Below are positions 44,745 to 53,855 of a stretch of DNA of 64,000 nt, in pieces; the first letter of the stretch is position 1, and the number at the start of each line of letters is the position of its first letter. The notes below the pieces were generated by a model that saw nothing but the letters and a program-made list of their open reading frames with translations, did no database searches and was not told where the DNA came from. This DNA is from Bacillota bacterium (lineage in GTDB: Bacteria; Bacillota_I; Bacilli_A; RFN20; CAG-288). Made by a program: the position numbers and the translations under genes. Location of the stretch: NCBI GenBank assembly GCA_023459795.1, contig JAEWSP010000001.1, positions 17,242-81,241 of the forward strand, given 5' to 3'.

Positions 44745-47687
44745 CTACTTTTCCTTCTTCTTGTTGAAGAACGGAAGGAAGGTGAAGAGACCCATGAAGA
44801 TAGTTCCAAGTCCCATCACGACATCGATCGAGATAAGGGTCGGGATCCACCAGCCGGTCGTGCTGACCGGCCCACGGATTCCAGCCTGGACCTTATAGTC
44901 GTTGTCGGCAGAGGAATCATAGTCACGGGAATACTGATAGGTAGAGATGTAGGTATAGATGTTGTGCTTGACAGCCTGCTTGGCGCAGTACATAACCGTT
45001 GCATCCTTGCTATCGAGAGGTGCATAGTTGGTCGTCATCGGGTCAAGCCAGAGATCGTTTCCGGCAATAACACCGCGGGTCGGATTCATGATATCGTCTC
45101 CGCTGCTCCAGTCCGTGATGACAGAGCCCTTGAAGCCCCACTCGTTACGGAGGATCTCCGTGCAGAGATCGTAATTTGCACCAGCCCAGATACCGCCGAC
45201 GCAGTTGAAGGCAGTCATAACGCCGTTAGCGCCTGCCTTGACAGCAATCTCGAATGGCTTCAGATAGAGTTCCCGTAAGGTCTGCTCGGTAAGCCAGGTG
45301 TCGACACCGCGAGGATTGACGCCCTCTTCGCTGACAGCGAAATGCTTGATGTAGGCGTATAGGCCTCCCGACTTTGCTCCCTGGATGGTGGCACCGGCAA
45401 GAGTACCGGAGATAATCGGATCTTCGGAATAGTATTCGTAGTTTCTTCCGTTGTAGTTGGAACGATGGAGATTGACACCCGGAGCATACCAGCCGTTAAT
45501 GCCGCTCTTGCTGGCTTCGAAGGCGACCGACTGGCCGACTTCATAAGCTAAGCTCTTGTTCCATGTGCAGCCGATCACATCCTCGCACGGATAACTGGTC
45601 CAGCTGGAATGGTCTTCGGCAATCTTGGAGGTGTTCTGGTTGAATCCGGAAGGACCATCAAAGTCGAGAGTCTTCGGTTTTCCGATGGATTCAATGGCCT
45701 CCGTACCAAAGCCGCTTCTTTCTACGACGGTCTTTGCATCGCTAGTAGAAAGCTGGTCAAGAAGCTTGTCCCACTTCTCGCCGTTGTAGTCCTTCAGAAG
45801 CTCATCGATCAAAGCATCGTTGTACTTCAGGCCGGTCGGCGAGGAAAGCTCCTTGCCGTTCGCCTTGCTTCCGTCTTCTTTCGTTACCAGATAGAGATCG
45901 TTCTTGGCATCGAAGGTCGGCATTTCTTCCTGGTTCTGGGCGCTGCTACGGAACTTCTTGGCCGCAAGAAGTGCTGCCTGATCCGTAGGAAGCTTGGCGG
46001 AATTATCCGCAAGCGTGGTGGCAAAGCTGTTACGGGAAAGGTAAGTGGCATTGACACCGACGGAAGAGCCATCGATCGGAAGCCAGGCATAAGCGCTGTC
46101 TCCGGTGAAACGGTTGACGACGTCATATCCGGAAACCGGATCCTTGTCGATGTTGATCGTATCATCCGCATGGAAATCAAGGGTCCCGTTCTTTATCTCC
46201 TTAGCCGTATGGGCGTTGCTTCTAAGCTGAAGCTGGTAAGTACCCTTGTCCAGTTCATACCCGGTATGGCTGTTCTCGTTCTTGTCATAGCAGTCATAGG
46301 AAGCCATGTCATAGGCAGAGACGGAAAGGGTGACATCCTGGCTTTCCCCCGGCTGGAGGACGGAAGTCTTGGCATAATCTCCTAAGGAGATATAGCTCTT
46401 CTCGATACCGCCCTTGATATACGGAGGGAGGTAGTATAGTTCGACAACATCCTTTCCGGCATATTCGCCGGTGTTCTTTACAGTAACCGTAACATCGATC
46501 TTGCTGTCGGAAGCAAGGGCAGAACCCGAGGAGAGGGAGGTAGACTTCATCGTCCATTCGAAGTCGGTGTAGCTAAGTCCGTATCCGAACGGATACATGA
46601 CGGCAGAATCATAGCCGTTGTCGAGTCCGTCGAAGAAATGCTCGGAATCAGCAGTCTCATACCAGCGATAGCCGAAGTAAAGGCCTTCCTGGTAGCAGAT
46701 GCTTCCGCCGTTGGCGGACTTGTTCAGAACGGTTCTGTTGACATAGCTAGGTTCGCTCTTGTAATCCAAAGAGTAGGTATCTGCAAGACGGCCGCTAGGG
46801 CTTACCATCGTGGTCGTTTCTTTTCCGTCCTTGTCAGTGGTCGCCTTCTGTCCGGCAAGCAGGTTTCCGATGCTGTCTGTACCGCATAATCCTGTCGGTC
46901 CGCAGTAAAGGGCAGCTCCGATCTTCTCATCCTTGAGGAAGCCGCTTTCCATATTGTTCGTCGTATTCAGGAGAACGATAACCTTGCCGAAGTTTTTCTT
47001 TACCAGGTCAAGCATATGCTCTTCCTTGGCGGAAATCTGAAGATAACTACGGGTCTTATCCGTCTCTCCGCTCATATAGTCCGTCTGAGTATCCGGCATC
47101 TCGCCCTGATTCTCACCCCAGATACGGGAAAGAACAACAATAGCGGTGTCGCTGAAGTCCTTGCAGCTCTGGATCAAAGAATCGGAATAGAAGTCGTCAG
47201 CCGGCTGGATCAGCTTGGAGCAGTTGTCATAGAAAAGCCATGGATCATCCGCCTTGACGGAATCGTCGTATTTCTTGGCAAGATCCTTGTTGTATTCGAA
47301 ACCGGCATTTTCCAAGCCCTGGAGAATTCCGACTCTCTTAGCCGGATCAGGAAGGCAGGATCCGGAACCAACGCCTGTAAAAACCCAGGCCTTGTCGTTG
47401 CTGGAATAGCCAAAGACATTGACCTTGTTGTTGGATTCGAGATTCAGCGGAAGAGTCTTATTCTCATTCTTCAGAAGAACCGTACCATCTTCGGAAATCT
47501 TCCGTACAAGCTTGGCTCCCTTTTCAGAAGCTTCTGCATCTCCGGAAGTGGCGCCGCTTCCATCCAGTGCGCTGCTGATGAAATCAGCACCGAGGACCTT
47601 GAAGCAGACCACGTTTCCTACCGCTAGCGCAATACTGAGTGCGCTAAGGGCACCAAAGCCGATAATCCGGCCGATTTTGAATTTCAT
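44745..47687 (-). CDS. GH3 beta-glucosidase-type enzyme anchored by N- and C-terminal transmembrane segments
   Basis: GH3 nucleophile region GFKGSVITDWSS and KHFAVSEEG. N-terminal TM is IIGFGALSALSIALAVGNVV and C-terminal TM is WWIPTLISIDVVMGLGTIFMGLFTFLPFF. GGAGG lies 5 nt before ATG 47687. Confidence 0.88.
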   Translation of the reverse strand: MKFKIGRIIGFGALSALSIALAVGNVVCFKVLGADFISSALDGSGATSGDAEASEKGAKLVRKISEDGTVLLKNENKTLPLNLESNNKVNVFGYSSNDKAWVFTGVGSGSCLPDPAKRVGILQGLENAGFEYNKDLAKKYDDSVKADDPWLFYDNCSKLIQPADDFYSDSLIQSCKDFSDTAIVVLSRIWGENQGEMPDTQTDYMSGETDKTRSYLQISAKEEHMLDLVKKNFGKVIVLLNTTNNMESGFLKDEKIGAALYCGPTGLCGTDSIGNLLAGQKATTDKDGKETTTMVSPSGRLADTYSLDYKSEPSYVNRTVLNKSANGGSICYQEGLYFGYRWYETADSEHFFDGLDNGYDSAVMYPFGYGLSYTDFEWTMKSTSLSSGSALASDSKIDVTVTVKNTGEYAGKDVVELYYLPPYIKGGIEKSYISLGDYAKTSVLQPGESQDVTLSVSAYDMASYDCYDKNENSHTGYELDKGTYQLQLRSNAHTAKEIKNGTLDFHADDTINIDKDPVSGYDVVNRFTGDSAYAWLPIDGSSVGVNATYLSRNSFATTLADNSAKLPTDQAALLAAKKFRSSAQNQEEMPTFDAKNDLYLVTKEDGSKANGKELSSPTGLKYNDALIDELLKDYNGEKWDKLLDQLSTSDAKTVVERSGFGTEAIESIGKPKTLDFDGPSGFNQNTSKIAEDHSSWTSYPCEDVIGCTWNKSLAYEVGQSVAFEASKSGINGWYAPGVNLHRSNYNGRNYEYYSEDPIISGTLAGATIQGAKSGGLYAYIKHFAVSEEGVNPRGVDTWLTEQTLRELYLKPFEIAVKAGANGVMTAFNCVGGIWAGANYDLCTEILRNEWGFKGSVITDWSSGDDIMNPTRGVIAGNDLWLDPMTTNYAPLDSKDATVMYCAKQAVKHNIYTYISTYQYSRDYDSSADNDYKVQAGIRGPVSTTGWWIPTLISIDVVMGLGTIFMGLFTFLPFFNKKKEK

Positions 47688-47882
47688 TTTATCCTCCAAA
47701 ATGGATTTTCAATCCCGGTCTAGGAGTAACATCTATTCCTAGGCACGCTTGCTTTTCCAAAGAATCCGAAGTAACCCAGGGTTCTCTGAAAAGAGTAGTT
47801 ATTCTTATAATAAAGAAAGTTGGTTGTCAACTTCCTACCTCTTCTTAAGCTGTTTTCTAAAAGAGAGATAATGGAAACGACC

Positions 47883-47916
47883 GAATCTTCTGTGAAGCGT
47901 TGCTCCACAGAAGATT
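47883..47916. other. 11-bp stem-loop between the CBM lipoprotein and GH3 genes
   Basis: AATCTTCTGTG ... CACAGAAGATT. There is no clear U-run on the sense (minus) strand, so this is either a weak terminator or a processing site. Confidence 0.35.
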
Positions 47917-47964
47917 TTAGTCGTAAGGGAAAGAATTACTAGTTTCCCTTACCAATTTCTTTCC

Positions 47965-50391
47965 TTAGTCAGTGACGTATCCGCCGTAGTTGTCAACATC
48001 GCTCCAGACGCTGATGTAGATGGTATCCGTGGCATCATAAGAGCCATCGGCGAAGTAGCAGATCTTGAACTGACCATAACCATTTCCGTCATCGCTGGAA
48101 TAGGTAACTCCAGCAGGGGCATCGCCCTGGGCAAGTCCATCGATGAGGTGGCGCTCGGAATTCGGATTCATGGTCGCGATATCGACAGCCGTGTTAAGAG
48201 CAGAAGCCGGAGAATACCAATAGAGGGATCCAGCAGAATGGCTGGCGTTGGAGACAACATCGTCCGTGTGGTAGAGACCGACCCAGCTGTTTCCATCAAT
48301 TGCGGAATCCATAGTGACGTAGATCGGCTCCTTGTTGGTGGAATCAAAGTAGGTGTTGCGGTCCGTCCACATATTGACTTCATACGGAGTCATAACGGAA
48401 GTGGCAGAAAGGGAGATGCTATCCATGCCGCCGAGATAAGCGAAGCTATTGTTGGAATAGTTGCACGGTTCCCAGACAATACGGTTCTTGCCCTTGTTGA
48501 GATGGATCTGTCCCGGGGTCTTGAGATCCTGGAAGTTGTCCTTGTGGCCATTGATAGAAAGCTGCATCGGAGTGGAGACCATCGTTCCGTTGACCCATAA
48601 GTCGCCTAAGCTTCCAACACCGATAGAATGGATGGTGTTGTCGCTCCAATCCTTGGCTTCGGTGCTTCCTTCCGTGACGTACGGAGAAGACATACGGAGA
48701 GTAAGGTTGGCATAAGTATCTTCGGTAGACTCGACGCCGAAGATAACCTTGGTAGTAAGCTGCTTGGCATTGTACTTGTCGGTCTGGACCTTGGTTACAT
48801 CCTTGAGGTCCACGCTGGTAGCGCCAGAAGCAAGAGCATCATATCCGATTCTCTTGGTTGTGTCAGCTTCCGCTTCGAACGTAACGGTGGCCTTCGGAGC
48901 AGGTTCATCGGCGAGTACAGCGGCCGGGGCTGCTGCAGTTCCGAAATACTCGATTTCGATATAGTCGAGAGCACCAAGGTAGTCATATCCAAGACCATTC
49001 CGAACGAGAAGACCGATAGTGGCCTTTCCAGCAGGAAGGTTGACGAATCCAGTCTCGACATCGCAATAGGCATCCTTCTTGCCAGCGGCACCGCCATTGG
49101 CCTTCAGGGTAAGACCACTGATATCCAGGGACTTGCCATTGAGAGTGACTTCGGCAATATCTTCCAGGTTAACATCCGCAAGAGCAGCCGTTGCATCCTT
49201 GAACGGAGTAGCCATATAAAGACGGATCTTAGCCTTCCTGGCAGTTTCAGAGTTGATTCCGAAGAGGACATTCATATCTTCCTTCAGTTCGACAAAAGTA
49301 GCAGAACCAAGGTCAGCCTTCGGAGTGGTTTCATTTTCATAGACTCTGGTCGTAGCAGCCTCGACTTCCATCTTGGAAGCGTTGAAGCTGACATCCGGAT
49401 CAGCGCCGGCAACTTCAACGGTATTCGGAACATAGGTTAAGGTGCTGGTGCTGTAGACGGTGATGTTATCGATGTTTCCAAGGCAGTTGATAGCTCCGGA
49501 GAAGCCCTTATCATCGGAATAGTTGGAAGCGGTATTGTAACGGTCCGTGATGGCAAGAGAGATCACATTGTCACCCTGGTTAAGCTTAATGCCACCGACA
49601 GTAACATCCTGGACGTTGTTGTAATCGGCAGATCCAAGATTCAGATAGGTTCCTTCCACATGAAGGTCTTCCGTATCAACAGTCTTTCCGTTGACCTTGA
49701 AGGTGAACCAATCAGCAAAGGTATAGTCGATGGAATTCCAGTTTCCGCCCCAGCCGGAAGGACCCATAAGCTGAACATGGAGAGCAGCATTGGCATCGGC
49801 TTCGTCGGCATGGACTCCCCAGATGATATGATCACCGGCAGAAAGGCATCCGACCATTCCGGTTCCGCTGACACGCTGGTCATCGGAAGCGCCGACGCAA
49901 ATCAAAGAGCCTTCGGTTCCAACAATGTTGGCATCTTCGGCTTCGAAGACATTCTCCGCTCTTCCCTGGTCATCAGAGCCAAGGATAACGATATCGGCAG
50001 AGCTCTTCTTAAGCGGGTTCTCGGAAGAACGGGCAGTGATCGTAGCCTTTCCACGGGCAAGGCAGGAAATCTTGCCATCCACAATCTTGGCGATGGTTTC
50101 ATCGCTGCTGGCAAGAGTGAATTCTTTGTTCGTAGCAGTCGTCGGCTGGAATCTGACAGTAGCTTCGACGGTATCTCCGATACGGGCGACAGACTTCGCT
50201 AAAGAAAGCTGAAGCTCGCTTACTTTGACGTTTGCAGCAGTTGTGGAAGAAGTTGTATCCTTCTGAGAAGTAGAGGTTTGCTGAGAAGAAGTGGAAGCAG
50301 CATCAGACTTTTTGCATGATGCCATGCCAATGGCAGAGAGCATCATAAGAGATGTAAGAAGGAACTTCCCGGAATGTGTTCTGCGAATCAT
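47965..50391 (-). CDS. Surface lipoprotein with a Big_2-like Ig domain and repeated CBM-like modules
   Basis: AGGAGG RBS 7 nt before ATG 50391 and lipobox AIGMASC. A Big_2-like segment reads ...TVRFQPTTATNKEFTLASSDETIAKIVDGKISCLARGKATITARS. The FEAEDA/FEAEAD motifs that open CBM6/35-like modules recur. Confidence 0.8.
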   Translation of the reverse strand: MIRRTHSGKFLLTSLMMLSAIGMASCKKSDAASTSSQQTSTSQKDTTSSTTAANVKVSELQLSLAKSVARIGDTVEATVRFQPTTATNKEFTLASSDETIAKIVDGKISCLARGKATITARSSENPLKKSSADIVILGSDDQGRAENVFEAEDANIVGTEGSLICVGASDDQRVSGTGMVGCLSAGDHIIWGVHADEADANAALHVQLMGPSGWGGNWNSIDYTFADWFTFKVNGKTVDTEDLHVEGTYLNLGSADYNNVQDVTVGGIKLNQGDNVISLAITDRYNTASNYSDDKGFSGAINCLGNIDNITVYSTSTLTYVPNTVEVAGADPDVSFNASKMEVEAATTRVYENETTPKADLGSATFVELKEDMNVLFGINSETARKAKIRLYMATPFKDATAALADVNLEDIAEVTLNGKSLDISGLTLKANGGAAGKKDAYCDVETGFVNLPAGKATIGLLVRNGLGYDYLGALDYIEIEYFGTAAAPAAVLADEPAPKATVTFEAEADTTKRIGYDALASGATSVDLKDVTKVQTDKYNAKQLTTKVIFGVESTEDTYANLTLRMSSPYVTEGSTEAKDWSDNTIHSIGVGSLGDLWVNGTMVSTPMQLSINGHKDNFQDLKTPGQIHLNKGKNRIVWEPCNYSNNSFAYLGGMDSISLSATSVMTPYEVNMWTDRNTYFDSTNKEPIYVTMDSAIDGNSWVGLYHTDDVVSNASHSAGSLYWYSPASALNTAVDIATMNPNSERHLIDGLAQGDAPAGVTYSSDDGNGYGQFKICYFADGSYDATDTIYISVWSDVDNYGGYVTD

Positions 50392-50423
50392 TTTGTTTCC
50401 TCCTGGAAAATGATCTCGATTGC

Positions 50424-50438
50424 ATGAAAGCGGTTTGA
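50424..50438. promoter_or_regulatory. cre-like (CcpA-type) site ATGAAAGCGGTTTGA
   Basis: One mismatch to WTGNAANCGNWNNCW. Lies 33-47 nt upstream of the lipoprotein start codon. Confidence 0.3.
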
Positions 50439-50831
50439 TTTGTGGGACAAGTCTACCATGATGATTTCGAATCAGCAAATGCCTCATCCAGCCTTCTTGG
50501 AATCCATTTTTGCACTTGTTTTCACGGCAATTTTGAAGAACGAAAAGATGAGAAAATCGTCTTATTCTACACTTCGTAAAGAAAGAATAAGAGAGAAACA
50601 CTTTCTGCCCACTTTTTTGCCCTTTTTATCCTCTTGTCTTGCCATATCCATTAAGAGTAAAACCAGCCTTTTTATTTCCTATCCTGTCATGTTTCTTCCA
50701 AAACTTGCAGTTTTACGTTCTTTTTGCTTTCTTTTGCAATTATGCCCATTTTATATTTCATCTAGAACAATGTTCTCTTTTAGTTCCTTCTTTTTCCTTC
50801 TTGAAAGGGCCTTTTTTTCTCCTTCCGAAGA

Positions 50832-50860
50832 AACAGAAAAAGAGGGACAAAGTCCCTCTC
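50832..50860 (-). terminator. Terminator of the LytTR/histidine-kinase operon
   Basis: Stem AGAGGGAC-AAA-GTCCCTCT (50841-50859) followed on the minus strand by TTTTTCTGTTTCTT. Confidence 0.7.
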
Positions 50861-50972
50861 GTTTTATGGTCTGTTTTCATATCGCGGAAGCTCGTTTTTC
50901 TTTCGTAACCTGTCATTCCGTTTTCCTATCTCGCAGGGGTAAGAGATCGCTTTTTCGAAGCAGGAATCTCTT

Positions 50973-52355
50973 CTAACCGTTTTTCTTTTCCGGAAGAGCG
51001 GTTCCTTCCCGTTTTTCTTCCGGAAGCGGAATCAGGATATCGATACAGAACAGATTGTTCTCCGTTTTGATGAACATTTCCCCATCGTAGCTCTCAACCA
51101 ACCGTTCCATGGAGAGAGTCCCGTATCCGTGGTTGTTCTTATCTTTCTTCGTGGTGACAGGAAGCCCCTTTTCATAAGTCAAAGTCCCATCGAAATAGTT
51201 TTCAATATGAATGGAGACCATGTCTTTGATGCCTTTGATGTGAAGACGGATAAAACGCTTGTCCTCGTCCTTATGCATCAGGTATTCGATTGCGTTATCG
51301 ATAGCATTGCCGAAAAGAGAATAGATGTTGGATGCCGAAAGGAAGGAGATCTTCGAACCATCAGCGATATAAGTAAGACCGATCTTGTTCTTGCCGCAGA
51401 GAAGACTCTTTTCCGTAAGGACAACATCCAAGGCATCGTTTCCGGTCTTGATGATGGAGCCATAGACCATGACAGAGTTTTCGACCTCCTTCAAGGCGTC
51501 CGGATCCATCGTGCCGCCGTTACGGATTGCGGCAATCTGGTGCTTGAGGTCATGGCACTTGATGTTGATGATATCGATATTCTCCTTTGCCAGTTCGTAA
51601 TGAGCTTTGTCTTCCTTCCACAGCTCTTCGACAACTTCCAGTTCCTTTTCCTTCTTCCGGACTTCCTTGAGCTTGAACATCAAGCCTAGAACTGCGGAAC
51701 AGCTGAGGATTCCATACGTAAACGACACCAGCAATTCCGCTTGATGGCCTTTGACATTGCCGCTGCAAATGGAAACCATAATGCTGTTGAGGAAAATGGC
51801 TAGGAACACAAGAAGGATAAGAACGATAAATAGGGAGGTATTAGTGATATAGAAGTCCTGTTCCTTTTTGATCTTCTTTCCCAAAAGGAAATAGGCGGCA
51901 ATGTAACTGAGTATATAGATGATCAGGTAAACATAGAAGGATAGGAACTTGATAAAGTCGAAGCTCCCGGCTTCACTTCCATACACATCCAAGGACTTGC
52001 CCCCGTCTAGGAGCGTCCCGACCATGAATAGCTGATACAGGGAGAAGGCTACATGCTGAATCGCATATCCGGCAACACAGCAGAAGACGATATTGATAAA
52101 CGGTTCATCAAAGCAGAAGAGGACAGCAAGGATAGATAAGGAGAAGATAATCAAAAACATCGAAGACATATATAAGAACCCGTAGTTGACAATCGGAATT
52201 GCAAATGTCAGCCCTGCCGTAATTAAAACAGAAAGAACAACCCGGAAAGGAAAATTCCTTCGCTTCTTCAAGCGAAGGGCAAAAAGAGCCTCAGCCGAAA
52301 GCAATTCAATCAGGAATTGGAATTTATAGAGGAAGAGCTGCGTAAACTCATACAT
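50973..52355 (-). CDS. AgrC/ComD-like (HPK10, GHKL) sensor histidine kinase with a polytopic N-terminal sensor
   Basis: Six to seven TM segments, then H-box KCHDLKHQIAAI and N-box LFGNAIDNAIEYL. Directly downstream of a LytTR regulator. Confidence 0.85.
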   Translation of the reverse strand: MYEFTQLFLYKFQFLIELLSAEALFALRLKKRRNFPFRVVLSVLITAGLTFAIPIVNYGFLYMSSMFLIIFSLSILAVLFCFDEPFINIVFCCVAGYAIQHVAFSLYQLFMVGTLLDGGKSLDVYGSEAGSFDFIKFLSFYVYLIIYILSYIAAYFLLGKKIKKEQDFYITNTSLFIVLILLVFLAIFLNSIMVSICSGNVKGHQAELLVSFTYGILSCSAVLGLMFKLKEVRKKEKELEVVEELWKEDKAHYELAKENIDIINIKCHDLKHQIAAIRNGGTMDPDALKEVENSVMVYGSIIKTGNDALDVVLTEKSLLCGKNKIGLTYIADGSKISFLSASNIYSLFGNAIDNAIEYLMHKDEDKRFIRLHIKGIKDMVSIHIENYFDGTLTYEKGLPVTTKKDKNNHGYGTLSMERLVESYDGEMFIKTENNLFCIDILIPLPEEKREGTALPEKKNG

Positions 52356-52359
52356 AGGT

Positions 52360-53073
52360 CTACTTCCCGTCTCCGGCTATAAACTCGGTAAAGCGAAGAG
52401 CAAAATCCTTCTTCTGGCTTCTGGAGAGATAGATGATCTTTCCGTTATCCAGGTTCACCTGGCTTCCAGAAATAGCGGAAACCCGGCGGAGATTGATCAA
52501 CTGGGAAGAGTTTCCTTTGGCAAATCCATAGCCGATATATTCCTCTTCAATAGAGGAAAGGCTTCCCCACTGGGGGAAATCCCCTTTATCGGTGTGGAAG
52601 ACAAGCTGATGATTGTAGACCTCGATATAGGCTACCTGATCAATTCTGACCTTAACAATAGAACCGGCATTGTTGATTGTTACATCTACCCCTTTCCCGT
52701 AGCTGCACTTTTTCACAGCACGGGCAAGCATAGTCGAGAAAGAATAATAAGTTATAGGCTTAGCGACAAAATCGAAAGCATTAACGGAATATCCTTTGAT
52801 AGCATACTTTGCTAGGTTGGTGAGGAAAATAAGAACCACCTCAGAATCCCTTTCCCTAAGCTTTTTGGAAACGTCGATGCCGTTCATCTCCGGAAGATCG
52901 ATATCCATGAAGATAATATCGAATTCGGCATGGTATTCTTCGAGAAAGACTACTCCGCTGCTGAAATAACGCACATCAAAAGTGCATTTGTTCTCTTCTT
53001 CGTATTTTTCGATGAAGTGCCTGAAATTAAGGGTATCATCCTTGCTGTCTTCGACAACCGCAATTCGAATCAT
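52360..53073 (-). CDS. LytTR/AlgR family response regulator
   Basis: Receiver domain (IAVVEDSKDD...IIFMDIDLPEMNG) followed by a LytTR-type C-terminus (…QVAYIEVYNHQLVFHT…). Confidence 0.88.
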   Translation of the reverse strand: MIRIAVVEDSKDDTLNFRHFIEKYEEENKCTFDVRYFSSGVVFLEEYHAEFDIIFMDIDLPEMNGIDVSKKLRERDSEVVLIFLTNLAKYAIKGYSVNAFDFVAKPITYYSFSTMLARAVKKCSYGKGVDVTINNAGSIVKVRIDQVAYIEVYNHQLVFHTDKGDFPQWGSLSSIEEEYIGYGFAKGNSSQLINLRRVSAISGSQVNLDNGKIIYLSRSQKKDFALRFTEFIAGDGK

Positions 53074-53100
53074 GTGGAAAACCTTCCTGAATTCACCAAT

Positions 53101-53129
53101 ACTATACCTAGTTTAAGAAAGGATTTCAA
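53101..53129 (-). promoter_or_regulatory. Promoter of the two-component operon (TTGAAA-17-TATAGT)
   Basis: -35 is the reverse complement of 53124-53129 and -10 the reverse complement of 53101-53106. Confidence 0.5.
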
Positions 53130-53185
53130 ACCTATGGAAACGGGAAAAACGTGGATACTGAATATCAGGTGTAAAGGGAAAACAC

Positions 53186-53213
53186 TTGACAGGCAGTAAG
53201 AAAGACGTATAAT
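53186..53213 (+). promoter_or_regulatory. Promoter of rpsP-khpA-rimM-trmD (TTGACA-16-TATAAT)
   Basis: -35 at 53186-53191 and -10 at 53208-53213. Confidence 0.6.
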
Positions 53214-53248
53214 GGTACACGTAATTCCATAAGGGGGGATTAATCACA

Positions 53249-53509
53249 ATGGTCAAGATCCGCTTAGCTCGTATCGGAAGAAAGAACCTTCCGTCCTATC
53301 GTATTGTCGTCTCTGATTCCCGTCGTACTCCGAAGTCGGAAGCAATTGCCGATTTAGGATACTTCGATCCTGTACATAACAAGGTTCAGGTTAATGAAGA
53401 AGAGGCTATGAAGTGGCTCCGTACTGGTGCTGCTCCGTCTGACACCGTCAAGTCTATCTTCAAGAAGGCCGGCCTCAACAAGAAGCTTGCCGAAGAGAAG
53501 GCTAAGTAG
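53249..53509 (+). CDS. rpsP: 30S ribosomal protein S16
   Basis: MVKIRLARIGRKNLPSYRIVVSDSRRTPKSEAIADLGYFDP is canonical S16. Confidence 0.95.
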   Translation: MVKIRLARIGRKNLPSYRIVVSDSRRTPKSEAIADLGYFDPVHNKVQVNEEEAMKWLRTGAAPSDTVKSIFKKAGLNKKLAEEKAK

Positions 53510-53511
53510 CT

Positions 53512-53805
53512 ATGGAGGGGGACATCGATTTAACCGAGGACATCAAATCCTTGGTGGAGCCACTTGTATCCAATGCCGATGCCATCCTTGTAAAACGGAC
53601 TGATAAGCCCGAAGATGCCGGGAAGCGTGAGCAGAACTACCTTATCCTTTGCGACAAGGAAGATCTGGGCAAGCTCATCGGACGTCATGGAATCATTTCT
53701 GATTCTATTCGGACGCTTCTGAATGTTTCGATGAAGAACGACCATAAAAAGGTCCGCCTTCGGTTCGATGACTTCGATTCGTTCAATAACGGCGAGAACA
53801 AGTAA
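53512..53805 (+). CDS. khpA: KH-domain RNA-binding protein (YlqC/KhpA-like)
   Basis: GxxG motif GKLIGRHG and the conserved position between rpsP and rimM. Confidence 0.75.
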   Translation: MEGDIDLTEDIKSLVEPLVSNADAILVKRTDKPEDAGKREQNYLILCDKEDLGKLIGRHGIISDSIRTLLNVSMKNDHKKVRLRFDDFDSFNNGENK

Positions 53806-53855
53806 ATCCGAAAGGGGAGCCTTTGCTCCCCTTTCTTGTTGAAAAGGAGAAATAC

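Noticed and set aside
50758-50916. 52-aa minus-strand ORF just downstream of the histidine kinase, considered as a possible autoinducing-peptide precursor
   Set aside because: The reading frame runs straight through the operon's terminator hairpin and U-run. It is highly basic, lacks an amphipathic leader or Cys-containing AIP-like core, and the agr-type gene order (B-D-C-A) is not present.
50440-50976. Plus-strand ORFs of 178 aa and 89 aa in the kinase/lipoprotein spacer
   Set aside because: They have T-rich low-complexity translation (F/L/S runs) and no RBS. The 178-aa ORF crosses the bidirectional-looking terminator hairpin at 50841-50859 and ends inside the kinase stop region.
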